A program made the translations under genes and the position numbers. A stretch of 64,000 nt of DNA, taken from the IMG/VR virus record IMGVR_UViG_3300002835_000041, positions 32,001 through 96,000 of that record; one strand, written 5' to 3'. Below are positions 9,843-19,201 of the stretch, one piece after another. How positions within the stretch are numbered: the stretch's first letter is position 1; every line of letters begins with the position of its first letter. The notes under the pieces are model-generated. The model saw only the letters and a list, made by a program, of their open reading frames with translations. It searched no databases and was not told where the DNA came from. This DNA is from a virus.

Positions 9843-10127
9843 ATGGCAACTAAAAAGGTAGTAGAGCCTCCCAAGAAGGAGCACCCACAAAAGGCAATCA
9901 CTAATATTTTAATGAGAATCCTAGCAGTCTTTGCAGCATCTGGTCTATCAGTACTTGGTGCTGGAGCAGTGGTTGGAATTGACACAATGCAGGCAGTATT
10001 CTTAGCAGGACTATTAGGCGTAGCAACAGTCATTGAAAGGCTGGCAAGGGCTTTTTTGGACGATGGAAAACTCACATTGGCAGAAATCAATGATGCGTTT
10101 AAGACGGTAGACAAAAAGGCTAATTAG
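9843..10127 (+). CDS. membrane protein (holin-like)
   Basis: ATG 9843 after GGAGGA; two TM segments and charged C-terminus. Confidence 0.55.
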   Translation: MATKKVVEPPKKEHPQKAITNILMRILAVFAASGLSVLGAGAVVGIDTMQAVFLAGLLGVATVIERLARAFLDDGKLTLAEINDAFKTVDKKAN

Positions 10128-10204
10128 TCATTATTGGCCCTAATTGACAGCCCTCTCTGGGTAGTGGTATACTTGATTATATCTATCTGGAGAGGGCTTT
10201 TGCC

Positions 10205-10729
10205 ATGACTTGTATTGCTGTAGTAAAACATGAGGATAAAATCTACATGGCTGGAGATCGTGGCGCATCAGATGATGGAACTATTCTAGCCCTTGACGCT
10301 CCAAAAGTTTGGAAGATAGGTCCCTATCTTATTGGATATGCTGGATCAATGGACGGAGAAAGAATCCGATTTAACTTTAAACCAACACATCCAAACATTA
10401 AAGATACAGACAAGTTTATGCAAACCAGATTTATCAAAGAACTAAAAGAATTCTATAATGAGTTCTGGGTTGACACATCAAAAGATGGAGATCTTGGTCT
10501 AATCATTGCAGTTCGTGGAAATATTTACGAGCATAGTTCTGCAGATATGTCTTTATCTAAGTATACACTACCTTATCTGGCTATGGGTTCTGGAGCAGAG
10601 TACGCCTATGGGGTTTTATATGCAACAGATAAACAAAAAAATGCTAGAAATAGAGTTATGCAAGCAGTAAATGCTGCCATAAAATTTAACCCATCTTGCA
10701 TGGGTCCAGTTGACATCATTAGTCTTTAA
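10205..10729 (+). CDS. Ntn-hydrolase, HslV/proteasome-beta-like peptidase
   Basis: MTCIAVV..MAGDRGAS N-terminal Thr nucleophile; AMGSGAEYA motif. Confidence 0.75.
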   Translation: MTCIAVVKHEDKIYMAGDRGASDDGTILALDAPKVWKIGPYLIGYAGSMDGERIRFNFKPTHPNIKDTDKFMQTRFIKELKEFYNEFWVDTSKDGDLGLIIAVRGNIYEHSSADMSLSKYTLPYLAMGSGAEYAYGVLYATDKQKNARNRVMQAVNAAIKFNPSCMGPVDIISL

Positions 10730-10744
10730 GGGTATACTTATTAT

Positions 10745-10948
10745 ATGAATCATTCACACGATGACCTATCGCCTGAAGAGCAAGAGTTTGGTATCTGGCT
10801 TGAAAACGGTATAGAAAGAGGCTGGGTTACACCTCCTTATTGCAATACTCACGACGGCGGATACGAATATATGGATGAAGAAGAAATTGAAGAATGGGAC
10901 GCAGGTGGCGACCCATGTTGTCATGTCATCAGATTGATGATATCGTAA
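10745..10948 (+). CDS. hypothetical protein
   Basis: Leaderless ORF, TATACT 6 nt upstream. Confidence 0.6.
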   Translation: MNHSHDDLSPEEQEFGIWLENGIERGWVTPPYCNTHDGGYEYMDEEEIEEWDAGGDPCCHVIRLMIS

Positions 10949-10965
10949 AAATGAAAAGGAATAAA

Positions 10966-11871
10966 ATGAAGAAAGTACTACTATCAGTTCTAGCAGCAAC
11001 ACTTATGCTAACAGTAACAAGTCCAGCGCAAGCACAAGATCAAAAAGTTCTTGCCATTATTGATTCGGCTATTAATTCTAATAACTTCCCAGCAATTATT
11101 CACGAAGTTTGTTTCACTGCCAAGTCTGTCCTCAATCAAAATCATGAGGCATCATGTCCAAACATGCAACACTTTATGGAAGGCAAAGGCGCTGCATCTG
11201 CAACATGGCCTAAGAGCATAAATGATCCTACATATCACGGAGACTCTATGGTAAAGGCAGCGCTTGCAACAGATCCTAACCTTAAGATTGTTTTTGTCCG
11301 CTTTAACAATGTGAATCGTGTTACTGGATCAAATGCTTTAGGTGGAACTCCTGAAGCGCTTATCTCAGCAATTGATTGGGTATCAAAGAATGCAGAAAAG
11401 TATAGTATTGATGCGCTATCTATTAGTCAATCGGGAGTATCTATGGACCTAAAAACAGGTACAAAGATTTTGCATCCCGCTTGCACAAATACAGCAGTTG
11501 CTAGTTCAGTTTCACAGTTAAGTGAAAAAAATATCCCATCCTTTGCAGCAACAGGCAATGATGGACTTTCTAACCTTGTTGGATTCCCAGCATGCGTTCC
11601 TGGAGTCATTGGCGTAGGAGCCATGGGTTCACCAACTCAGTTTGAAAAGGCAACTAACAGAGGTCCTGGGCTTGATATGGTTGCTTTTGGAAAAGTAAAA
11701 ATTACCAAGTATAACGGTTCGGTTACAGATATTGCTGGAAGTTCTGGAGCAACTGTAGTTACCTCAGCATCATATGTTAGTAAGAATACTGGTAAGGCAT
11801 TTACAGAATATATTAACTCATTAGTTAAGGTTGTTCTGTCTGGTGTGTCTTATCCTTATTCATCTAAGTAA
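10966..11871 (+). CDS. secreted subtilisin-like S8 protease
   Basis: Signal peptide; AIIDSA (Asp), HGDSM (His), ATGNDG (oxyanion Asn), GSSGAT (Ser). Confidence 0.8.
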   Translation: MKKVLLSVLAATLMLTVTSPAQAQDQKVLAIIDSAINSNNFPAIIHEVCFTAKSVLNQNHEASCPNMQHFMEGKGAASATWPKSINDPTYHGDSMVKAALATDPNLKIVFVRFNNVNRVTGSNALGGTPEALISAIDWVSKNAEKYSIDALSISQSGVSMDLKTGTKILHPACTNTAVASSVSQLSEKNIPSFAATGNDGLSNLVGFPACVPGVIGVGAMGSPTQFEKATNRGPGLDMVAFGKVKITKYNGSVTDIAGSSGATVVTSASYVSKNTGKAFTEYINSLVKVVLSGVSYPYSSK

Positions 11872-11875
11872 ATTA

Positions 11876-11904
11876 AAAGTCCTGGGTATGACTTTAAACT
11901 ACCC
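11876..11904 (+). ncRNA. H-type pseudoknot element, copy 1
   Basis: AAAGTC-CT-GGGTA-T-GACTTT-AAAC-TACCC; ends 3 nt before tRNA-Asn. Confidence 0.6.
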
Positions 11905-11907
11905 CAT

Positions 11908-11980
11908 TGCCCTATAACTCAGTTGGTAGAGTGCCGAACTGTTAATTCGGATGTCCCTGGATCGAGGCCAGGTGGGGCAG
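11908..11980 (+). tRNA. trnN: tRNA-Asn(GTT)
   Basis: Cloverleaf: acceptor TGCCCTA/TGGGGCA, anticodon arm CCGAA-CTGTTAA-TTCGG; atypical T-loop ATCGAGG; no encoded CCA. Confidence 0.9.
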
Positions 11981-12028
11981 CAGTTTAGTGTATAATTGTT
12001 ATACCAAAACATTTAAGATAAAGGTAAA

Positions 12029-12688
12029 ATGATAACTAAAAAAAATAACATTTCAGGATCCCAATGGTGGATAAACTCTGAAAACTTATCATTGCCTCAA
12101 ATTTTAATGGAGTCTGGACTACCAGACAAATGGTCTAAGTATAACTCAAAAGAAATTTTAAACATAAAAAGCATACTTAAACCAATAAATAACTATGTCC
12201 TTAATCTATATCCAAAGCCAGAAATTATAAACATAACAAATAACATAGTTACTTTTAGGCAAAGAACTCACGCCGAGATTTGGGTTGAAGAAAGAAAAGA
12301 TGGCACACTGTATGCTTTAGATAAGTGTCATCAAAGACAGTTCTATCCATCTTTAAACAATCTAGAAAATAAAGAGTGTTTTGATCCAACCTATAAGTTT
12401 TATATACCCTGGTTTATAAATAAAAATGTTAGCATTAAGATAGCCAGAGTAGAGGATGAGCCTACACCATTCTACATAGGTGAAAAAAATATTATTGGAA
12501 AGCCCCTGCCACATCTATCAGACTATGCCTATTCAGAGTTTGTTGATTTTAAAATTAAGAATACTGGGGAATACTACTTAAAAGAAAAGTATGCTATTAT
12601 TAGTAAGAGCACGGCAATGTACGATATGTCTGTTGTCTTAAGTGACGAAGAGATATCACAAATAAAGGATTACTATGGACAGCAATGA
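12029..12688 (+). CDS. hypothetical protein
   Basis: First ORF of a coupled operon. Confidence 0.6.
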   Translation: MITKKNNISGSQWWINSENLSLPQILMESGLPDKWSKYNSKEILNIKSILKPINNYVLNLYPKPEIINITNNIVTFRQRTHAEIWVEERKDGTLYALDKCHQRQFYPSLNNLENKECFDPTYKFYIPWFINKNVSIKIARVEDEPTPFYIGEKNIIGKPLPHLSDYAYSEFVDFKIKNTGEYYLKEKYAIISKSTAMYDMSVVLSDEEISQIKDYYGQQ

Positions 12689-13439
12689 GTTAGAATTAAC
12701 TTTCATTCCACACGATACGACCACAGGTCTATTGTCTCCAGAGCCATCCTATAAAAAAATACCACAGTGGTATAGAGATTTGGCAAAACATTTTACAACT
12801 AATGACCTAAAGTCTTTGTGTCCAGTAAACGATAGGGGCGGGGATGGGTCAAATGTTTCTACAAAACTATGCTTGCCATTTCAAGATGCAATGTCTCTTG
12901 GGTATATGTATTTACTGGAAGATGACCTAGAAGTAAAACTTGATATAGATGGAAAGCCATCTCTGTCCTGGAAAAAGAATTTTATGATGATGGACAAAAG
13001 ACCTAATGTTGATATGGCAATACCAAAAGATGTTCACCCAATACATTTTGGGGTTAAGATGCAATGGTATTACGAAACACCAAAAGACTATTCTCTATTG
13101 ATGACTATGCCAATAAACAGACCAGACCTACCGTTCTGGATTCCTTCTGGCATTGTTGATTCTGATATATGGGGACTGCCTGCGTTTATACCATTTTTTA
13201 TAAAAAGAGATTTTGAAGGAGTCATTCCAATGGGAACACCAGTGTTTCAGATGATTCCAATTAAAAGAGAGCCTTGGAATTTAGTAGTTGATGATTCTTT
13301 TGAGGCTATAGAAAAACACCAACTAAGATCAGAAAACAGAAGGTCTGACATAACGGCACACTACAGAAAATTTGCATGGAGAAAAAAAGAATATGCAAAG
13401 TATAACAAAGAACAAGCAAACAACAAGGGAGATGAATAA
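12675..13439 (+). CDS. conserved phage beta-rich protein (DUF6065-like)
   Basis: CLPFQDAM..YETPKDYSLL..SGIVDSD..GTPVFQMIPIKREPW pattern. Confidence 0.5.
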   Translation: MDSNELELTFIPHDTTTGLLSPEPSYKKIPQWYRDLAKHFTTNDLKSLCPVNDRGGDGSNVSTKLCLPFQDAMSLGYMYLLEDDLEVKLDIDGKPSLSWKKNFMMMDKRPNVDMAIPKDVHPIHFGVKMQWYYETPKDYSLLMTMPINRPDLPFWIPSGIVDSDIWGLPAFIPFFIKRDFEGVIPMGTPVFQMIPIKREPWNLVVDDSFEAIEKHQLRSENRRSDITAHYRKFAWRKKEYAKYNKEQANNKGDE

Positions 13440-14080
13440 TGTTAAGTAACAGAGAACATAAGTTTTTTGAAAAATATTTAGACAACGATTTAGATCAGTT
13501 GGCTAAATTTTTAGAACAAAAATACGAACTAATTCAAAGCGCTAAACTTCGTGGCGTTGAAACAATGGAAAATGATCCAGGGTATTGGCTAGAGTCTGGA
13601 AGTTTGTCAACTGTAAAGTGGAGAGAGTATAATGTATTTCAACTTTATCATCCATCTCTTCATAAACTATACTCCGAACTATCAAAAACTGTTAAAGAAG
13701 CCTGTGAATATTATGGCGTAGACTTTGAAAAGCAGCAATATTATGTTCAGGGTTGGTTTAATATTAATACCACAGGAAATGGAAAGTTAAACTGGCACGA
13801 TCACGGTGCACCTGGCGCTCCTAATTTTCATGGGTATTACTGTGTAAAGGCTGAGCCATCAACGACATACTATAGACTCTTTGGAGATCCAAATAGAGAA
13901 GTGGCAAATCACAACATAAACAATAGAATGATTGTTTCAGAAATGGGACACCCTCATGCAATGGGAGACTGGGACTGGGAAGGTTCAAGAATAACAGTTG
14001 CGTATGATATTCAACCTCTGCAGTCTTTGCTTATGGGTGGAGAACATACAATTGAACAGCACTGGATTCCATTGTTATAA
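13439..14080 (+). CDS. 2OG-Fe(II) oxygenase-like protein
   Basis: WFNIN..WHDH..HGYYCV..HPHAM..RITVAYDI double-stranded beta-helix motifs. Confidence 0.7.
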   Translation: MLSNREHKFFEKYLDNDLDQLAKFLEQKYELIQSAKLRGVETMENDPGYWLESGSLSTVKWREYNVFQLYHPSLHKLYSELSKTVKEACEYYGVDFEKQQYYVQGWFNINTTGNGKLNWHDHGAPGAPNFHGYYCVKAEPSTTYYRLFGDPNREVANHNINNRMIVSEMGHPHAMGDWDWEGSRITVAYDIQPLQSLLMGGEHTIEQHWIPLL

Positions 14081-14081
14081 A

Positions 14082-14915
14082 ATGAAAAAAATATTAGTTT
14101 ATTTTTATGGGTACAAAAGCAAGTTGCTACCACAAGCAGTAGAGCAACTCATAAAAAATCAAAGTGGTCAAAATGATATACATGTTGTCGTATACGACCA
14201 AACAAATATATCAAGGCCAGAAAAGTTTTTAGGAATAGAATACAATCATATCTACTGGGATAGATTAATATCTAGATTTAAATGCTTTTATCTTCTAAAA
14301 AAAAGAAAAGATTTTGATTTTTTTATGTATGTTGATGGTGCCAAAATGTTTGAAAAGGATTGGGATGCTGAACTATTAAGATACCAGGACGAATCAGATA
14401 TTATACTTTCAGGCAATCACGACATTGTTTTTAATAAAAATAACTATAAGTTTTATCCAGACTGGAATAAAACAAGCATTGCAATGGCAACAAAAAACAA
14501 CTGGTTTGTTAAAGATTTTTTCTTTATGAAATTTAGTTTGTTTGAACTATTTCCTGATATTTCAATATTTAAATATTATGGAGTTGAGGAATATGTTTCC
14601 ATGTATGCAGCGCACAAAGGTATTTCTATAGTTGCTCTTCCAACTAATTTTGTTATTGATCAAGAGCCTAGAATAGAAGAAAATGATTTTGTTCCATTTT
14701 CTCTATATCACAACTATTCAAAAGTTATAGATTCTTTTAAATCAAAAGATGAATCTATGCCTGGAGTAAAAGAACTTATGGATCTTGTAGACTATGATTT
14801 CCGTAGTTTAGAATACTTCCCATATAATACAAACGATGTAGAGTATACATTTTTTTCAAATCTAGATAAAATTTCTGAGCAAAGATTTCATGTAGTGCAG
14901 AATGAGGTATATTGA
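14082..14915 (+). CDS. GT-A glycosyltransferase, divergent paralogue of 50159..51127
   Basis: DFFMYVDGAKMFEKDWD aligns by eye with DYFLQIDSHSRFIDDWD; GVEEYVSM with GEEPTLAL. Confidence 0.55.
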   Translation: MKKILVYFYGYKSKLLPQAVEQLIKNQSGQNDIHVVVYDQTNISRPEKFLGIEYNHIYWDRLISRFKCFYLLKKRKDFDFFMYVDGAKMFEKDWDAELLRYQDESDIILSGNHDIVFNKNNYKFYPDWNKTSIAMATKNNWFVKDFFFMKFSLFELFPDISIFKYYGVEEYVSMYAAHKGISIVALPTNFVIDQEPRIEENDFVPFSLYHNYSKVIDSFKSKDESMPGVKELMDLVDYDFRSLEYFPYNTNDVEYTFFSNLDKISEQRFHVVQNEVY

Positions 14916-15478
14916 TGATAACATTGCCTGTAGTAATTAAAAATTTTATTGCTGCTGAAGATGCACAGACACTAATAAATGAGATTAACAGTCCATCAGA
15001 AGTTAATCCTTACCCAGAATATTACAAGACTAGGTATGGAGGAACTGCTTATCCATACAACAAGGTAGTTTTAGATATTCAAAAAAAATATTCTTTACTA
15101 TCTAACGAGACACACCAAAGACTTAATCCAGAAGAAACAAAGCAAATAAAAACATTTAAATCTTTTGGTTCAGTTTGGACAAAAGGTAGTTCAGCAAACG
15201 CACACGCTGACGATCAGCCACCAGAAGAATTCATTGAATATAGTACGGTAATATATCTTGACGATAATTTTACTGGAGGAGAATTATATTTCCCAAATCT
15301 TAACTTTACATATAAGCCAGAAAAATATGATGGGATATTTTTTGTTAGTGACGGAGAATTATGGAGTCATGGAATATCCGAAATAGAAAGTGGACATAGG
15401 TCAACCCTACTCTACATGCACACAACACAAACAGAACATTCAGGGGGGTATACAATTGTTGATCCAGACCTTAATTAA
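14915..15478 (+). CDS. prolyl-4-hydroxylase-like 2OG-Fe(II) oxygenase
   Basis: HADD, YLDDNFTGGELYF, HGI..GHRST. Confidence 0.8.
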   Translation: MITLPVVIKNFIAAEDAQTLINEINSPSEVNPYPEYYKTRYGGTAYPYNKVVLDIQKKYSLLSNETHQRLNPEETKQIKTFKSFGSVWTKGSSANAHADDQPPEEFIEYSTVIYLDDNFTGGELYFPNLNFTYKPEKYDGIFFVSDGELWSHGISEIESGHRSTLLYMHTTQTEHSGGYTIVDPDLN

Positions 15479-15557
15479 AAAAATTAAGACATACTTAATA
15501 CTAAGAGAAATAAAGAAAAATGATAAAAAAAACAGATACCTGTATTAAGGATAATAT

Positions 15558-16982
15558 ATGATAATTCTTGGAGTAAACGAAACATCTCATGACGCATCAG
15601 TATCTCTAATCAAAGATGGAGAAATTCTTTTTGCAGGGCATGCAGAAAGATATAGCAAACAAAAAAATGACTGGTATATCAATGATAGTTTAATAAAAGA
15701 TGCTTTGCAGTATGGGGCACCAGATCATATTGCCTACTATGAAAAGCCCCTTCTGAAGGCCTCTAGGCTGGCTCTAAGGGGTGGATCTGGAGACTGGAAA
15801 CCAAGGTTTGATATTCCTGGTATACCAAGGAAACATTTTAGTCATCACTATTCTCACGCTGCAGCGGGATACTACACTAGTTCTTTTAGTGATTCCGTAA
15901 TAGTTGTGCTTGATGCTATTGGAGAATACAACACATCTACAATATGGGTTGGTGAAGGAGATAAGATTAGGCTAAAGTATAAGCAAAACTATCCAGTTAG
16001 TTTTGGATTATTTTATTCTGCTTTCACAAAACTAATAGGTCTAATGCCAAATCAAGAAGAATATATCATGATGGGAATGGCAGCATACGGAGACTGGACA
16101 AAATACTATAGAAAAGTAGATGAGTATTTTCCTTCATATACAAAACAAAAATATAATTTTCATCAGGGAATAAATGATTGGGGAGTAAAGATCACTGAGC
16201 AAGATAGGTTTGATATTGCTGCAGCAGTTCAGGTTGTCTATGAGCAAAGACTAAATGATTTTATGCACATGGCATACTCTATTACTGGAAAAAAGAATTT
16301 AGTATTTATGGGTGGTTGTGCACTTAACTCATCAGCAAACACTATGCTTTGGAACATATTTGATATGATCTGGATTATGCCAAACCCTGGAGATGCTGGC
16401 AGTTCTTTGGGTGCTGCTGCTGCACTTTATGGAAAACATCTTGAATGGAAAGACCCATACCTTGGTTATGATCTGGGTGGAAAATATCCTATTCAGAAAA
16501 TTATTGAGGGGATATTAAAAGACGGTATAGTAGCAGTAGCATCAGGAAGAGCAGAATATGGTCCAAGAGCATTAGGAAATAGATCAATTCTTGCAGACCC
16601 AAGAGATCCACTAATCAAAGACAAAGTAAATAGAATTAAACAGAGAGAATTATTTAGGCCATTTGCTCCTGTAGTTTTAGCAGATCACGCATATAGATGG
16701 TTTGATATGGATTTTGAAAGCCCATATATGCAGTACACAGTCAAGTGCTTACAGCCAGACAAGATACCTTCTGTGGTTCATGAAGATGGTACTTCTAGAG
16801 TTCAGACAGTTACAAGAGAACAACATCCAGGATTGTACAGGGTTATAAATAAATTTTATCTACAAACTGGAGTTCCAATACTCTTGAATACTAGTCTTAA
16901 CATAAAGGGTCAACCGCTCCTAAATGATGAAAACGATATACTTAAATGGGAAAAAGAATACAACTTTACAATATGTAGGTAA
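15558..16982 (+). CDS. O-carbamoyltransferase (NodU/CmcH/TobZ family)
   Basis: HDAS..ER, HHYSHAA, MGGCALN, EYGPRALGNRSILADPR, RELFRPFAP, LNTSLN. Confidence 0.92.
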   Translation: MIILGVNETSHDASVSLIKDGEILFAGHAERYSKQKNDWYINDSLIKDALQYGAPDHIAYYEKPLLKASRLALRGGSGDWKPRFDIPGIPRKHFSHHYSHAAAGYYTSSFSDSVIVVLDAIGEYNTSTIWVGEGDKIRLKYKQNYPVSFGLFYSAFTKLIGLMPNQEEYIMMGMAAYGDWTKYYRKVDEYFPSYTKQKYNFHQGINDWGVKITEQDRFDIAAAVQVVYEQRLNDFMHMAYSITGKKNLVFMGGCALNSSANTMLWNIFDMIWIMPNPGDAGSSLGAAAALYGKHLEWKDPYLGYDLGGKYPIQKIIEGILKDGIVAVASGRAEYGPRALGNRSILADPRDPLIKDKVNRIKQRELFRPFAPVVLADHAYRWFDMDFESPYMQYTVKCLQPDKIPSVVHEDGTSRVQTVTREQHPGLYRVINKFYLQTGVPILLNTSLNIKGQPLLNDENDILKWEKEYNFTICR

Positions 16983-17019
16983 ACTGGTATAATAGATATG
17001 TCCTTAAAGGAGGAATAAA

Positions 17020-17634
17020 ATGGCAGCAAAAGGTAGTCTAGAAGCAATCATTGAGATTGCAAAAAAGGAAGTGGGCACAATTGAAGGCCCTAAAGATAAT
17101 GAAACAAAATATGGCAAGTGGACTGGGATGAATTTTCAGCCATGGTGCCAGTCATTTGTTTCTTGGTGTGCATTTACATCGGGATTAGATCCAAAGAAGT
17201 ATCCAAAGTCTGCATCAACAGTAGCAGCGTCAGATTGGTTCAAGAAGAATGGGCGTTGGTCAGATGCTCGTAATGATGATCCACAAGCAGGAGACTGGAT
17301 TTATTTTGATTTTCCAGAAGATGGTGTAAATCGTATTTCACATGTTGGAATCTGTATCAAGAACAACGGAGATGGAACAATCCAAGTTATTGAGGGAAAC
17401 ACTTCAGGAACTGCAAAGGGAGATCAGCGCAATGGCGGAATGTGCGTAGAGAAGACTCGTGGTTATGTAAAAAACAACAAGAAGAAGTTGCTTAATGGAG
17501 TTGTCGGTTGGGGTCGTCCAGTTTATACTGGTGAAGAAAATGCTCCGCTTCTCAATAAGGTGGTAGCACCAGTTGTAGCAAAGCCTGCAGTAAAGCCAGT
17601 AGTTAAGAAACCAGTAGCAAAGAAGGCTAAGTAA
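17020..17634 (+). CDS. CHAP-domain peptidoglycan hydrolase
   Basis: PWCQSFVSWC, HVGI, IEGNT; Lys/Pro-rich tail. Confidence 0.85.
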   Translation: MAAKGSLEAIIEIAKKEVGTIEGPKDNETKYGKWTGMNFQPWCQSFVSWCAFTSGLDPKKYPKSASTVAASDWFKKNGRWSDARNDDPQAGDWIYFDFPEDGVNRISHVGICIKNNGDGTIQVIEGNTSGTAKGDQRNGGMCVEKTRGYVKNNKKKLLNGVVGWGRPVYTGEENAPLLNKVVAPVVAKPAVKPVVKKPVAKKAK

Positions 17635-17835
17635 ATGGAATCAACAAAAAGAACTCTACTAAAAACAGCAAGTTGGGAAACATTTCATCTTGTTGGTGTT
17701 GCTGGTGTAATTTATTTATTTACTGGTGAGTGGGAGTATGCAAGTCTTGGTGCTCTTATTTACATTGGTTGGGAAGCACTCGGATATTTCTTACACGAAA
17801 GAGTTTGGGCTAAGTTTGGAAACAAGGTAAAGTAA
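17635..17835 (+). CDS. DUF2061 membrane protein
   Basis: KRTLLKTASW..YFLHERVW. Confidence 0.7.
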   Translation: MESTKRTLLKTASWETFHLVGVAGVIYLFTGEWEYASLGALIYIGWEALGYFLHERVWAKFGNKVK

Positions 17836-17941
17836 TGCGTATTAAGATAATTAAGTTTGTCGTAAAGGCATTAGGCTATGAGTGGGGTGGGGATTCGCTT
17901 AAGGCACCAATCTGGACAGTAAAAGAAAAGAAAAAGAAATA

Positions 17942-18127
17942 GTGCCAGCCTACGAATATGTTTGTGAGTCCTGTAATAAGAACTACACAAAGGTTCGTAG
18001 TATAAAAGAAGACGATCCAGGGTATGGTTGTGAAACTTGCAATCTGCCTCTGGTTCGTGTATACTCGAATATAGGAGCAGTTTTCAACGGTAGTGGATTT
18101 TATTCCACTGATAACAGAAAGAAATAG
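17942..18127 (+). CDS. FmdB-family zinc-ribbon protein
   Basis: MPAYEYVCESC..CETC..FNGSGFYSTD. Confidence 0.8.
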   Translation: MPAYEYVCESCNKNYTKVRSIKEDDPGYGCETCNLPLVRVYSNIGAVFNGSGFYSTDNRKK

Positions 18128-18137
18128 GCAGTATACT

Positions 18138-18392
18138 ATGAAGACAATGATTGATGAATCAGTAGAAGTAAAGCAGTGGACACTATCTCCATTGGATAGG
18201 TGTGATTCTTGTGCTGCTGAAGCGTTAGTTCAAGTTACTGGAATCTCTGGAGATTTAATGTTTTGTGGACATCACTACAATAAGATTATGGATAATCCTG
18301 AAGGTTATAAAAAAATGATGTCTTTTGCTCTTACCATCCTTGATGAAAGAGAAAAACTTGTTGAGAATAAGTCAAAGGGTAAGGATTACTAA
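18138..18392 (+). CDS. hypothetical Zn-binding protein
   Basis: DRCDSC..LMFCGHH. Confidence 0.55.
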   Translation: MKTMIDESVEVKQWTLSPLDRCDSCAAEALVQVTGISGDLMFCGHHYNKIMDNPEGYKKMMSFALTILDEREKLVENKSKGKDY

Positions 18393-19153
18393 TGATCATT
18401 CAGATTATTGGACTACCTGGTTCTGGTAAAACAGAACTTGCAAAGGCTTTAAAAGAAAGAATTAATGCTATACATCTTAATGCAGATGAAGTTCGTGCAA
18501 CAGTAAATTCTGATCTTGGATTTACTCCTGAAGACAGGCTTGAACAAGCACGACGAATGGGAGAGATGGCAAGGCTAATTGCAAAACAAGGTGTTGCTCC
18601 AGTCATTGTAGATTTTGTATGCCCAACAGAATTAACTCGTAAAGCATTTGGAAAGCCAGATATTTTAATCTACATGGAAACAATTGAAGAAAGCAGATTT
18701 GAAGATACTAATAAAATGTTTGAAGTACCCAGCAATTTTGACATGGCTTTTATTAGTCATGAGTGGAACGCAAACGAAAAAGCAACAGAAATTATTAAGC
18801 AGTTCAGACTACATGACTGGTCTGCACCCACAACACTTATGCTAGGTAGGTACCAGCCTTGGCACGAAGGCCACCACGCCCTTTACAAGGAGGCTGGCAA
18901 GAGAACTGAGCAGGTACTTCTGGGAGTCCGTAATACCTATAATACAAGTGAAAAGGATCCACTTAAGTTTGATCAGGTAAAAGAATATATTGCCAAAGAT
19001 GAATTTATGGATGGTGCATTAGTATTAAGATTGCCTAACATTACTAACATTGTGTATGGTCGTGATGTAGGGTATAAGATTGAGCAAGTAGATTTGGGGG
19101 CAGACATTCATGCTATATCGGCTACGCAAAAGCGCAAAGAAATGGGCATCTAA
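18392..19153 (+). CDS. cysC: adenylylsulfate kinase fused to HxGH nucleotidyltransferase domain
   Basis: GLPGSGKT, LNADEVR, DLGFTPEDR N-domain; GRYQPWHEGH..ISAT C-domain. Confidence 0.75.
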   Translation: MIIQIIGLPGSGKTELAKALKERINAIHLNADEVRATVNSDLGFTPEDRLEQARRMGEMARLIAKQGVAPVIVDFVCPTELTRKAFGKPDILIYMETIEESRFEDTNKMFEVPSNFDMAFISHEWNANEKATEIIKQFRLHDWSAPTTLMLGRYQPWHEGHHALYKEAGKRTEQVLLGVRNTYNTSEKDPLKFDQVKEYIAKDEFMDGALVLRLPNITNIVYGRDVGYKIEQVDLGADIHAISATQKRKEMGI

Positions 19154-19201
19154 GGTTTGGAACTTAATAACTAAAGGCCCTAAAAATATGGAGTGGCCAG
19201 C

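Noticed and set aside
9672-10127. 151-aa ORF start at 9672
   Set aside because: Overlaps the 9634 gene; a strong SD supports ATG 9843.
11876-11980. tRNA-associated element as an HDV-like/theta or hammerhead ribozyme
   Set aside because: It lies 5' rather than 3' of the tRNAs and lacks the nested double-pseudoknot and CUGANGA/GAAA cores; self-cleavage is not formally excluded.
18075-18084. GAGCAGTTTT match to the pseudoknot 3' half
   Set aside because: Lies inside the FmdB coding sequence and lacks the CTGAGCA partner and P1.
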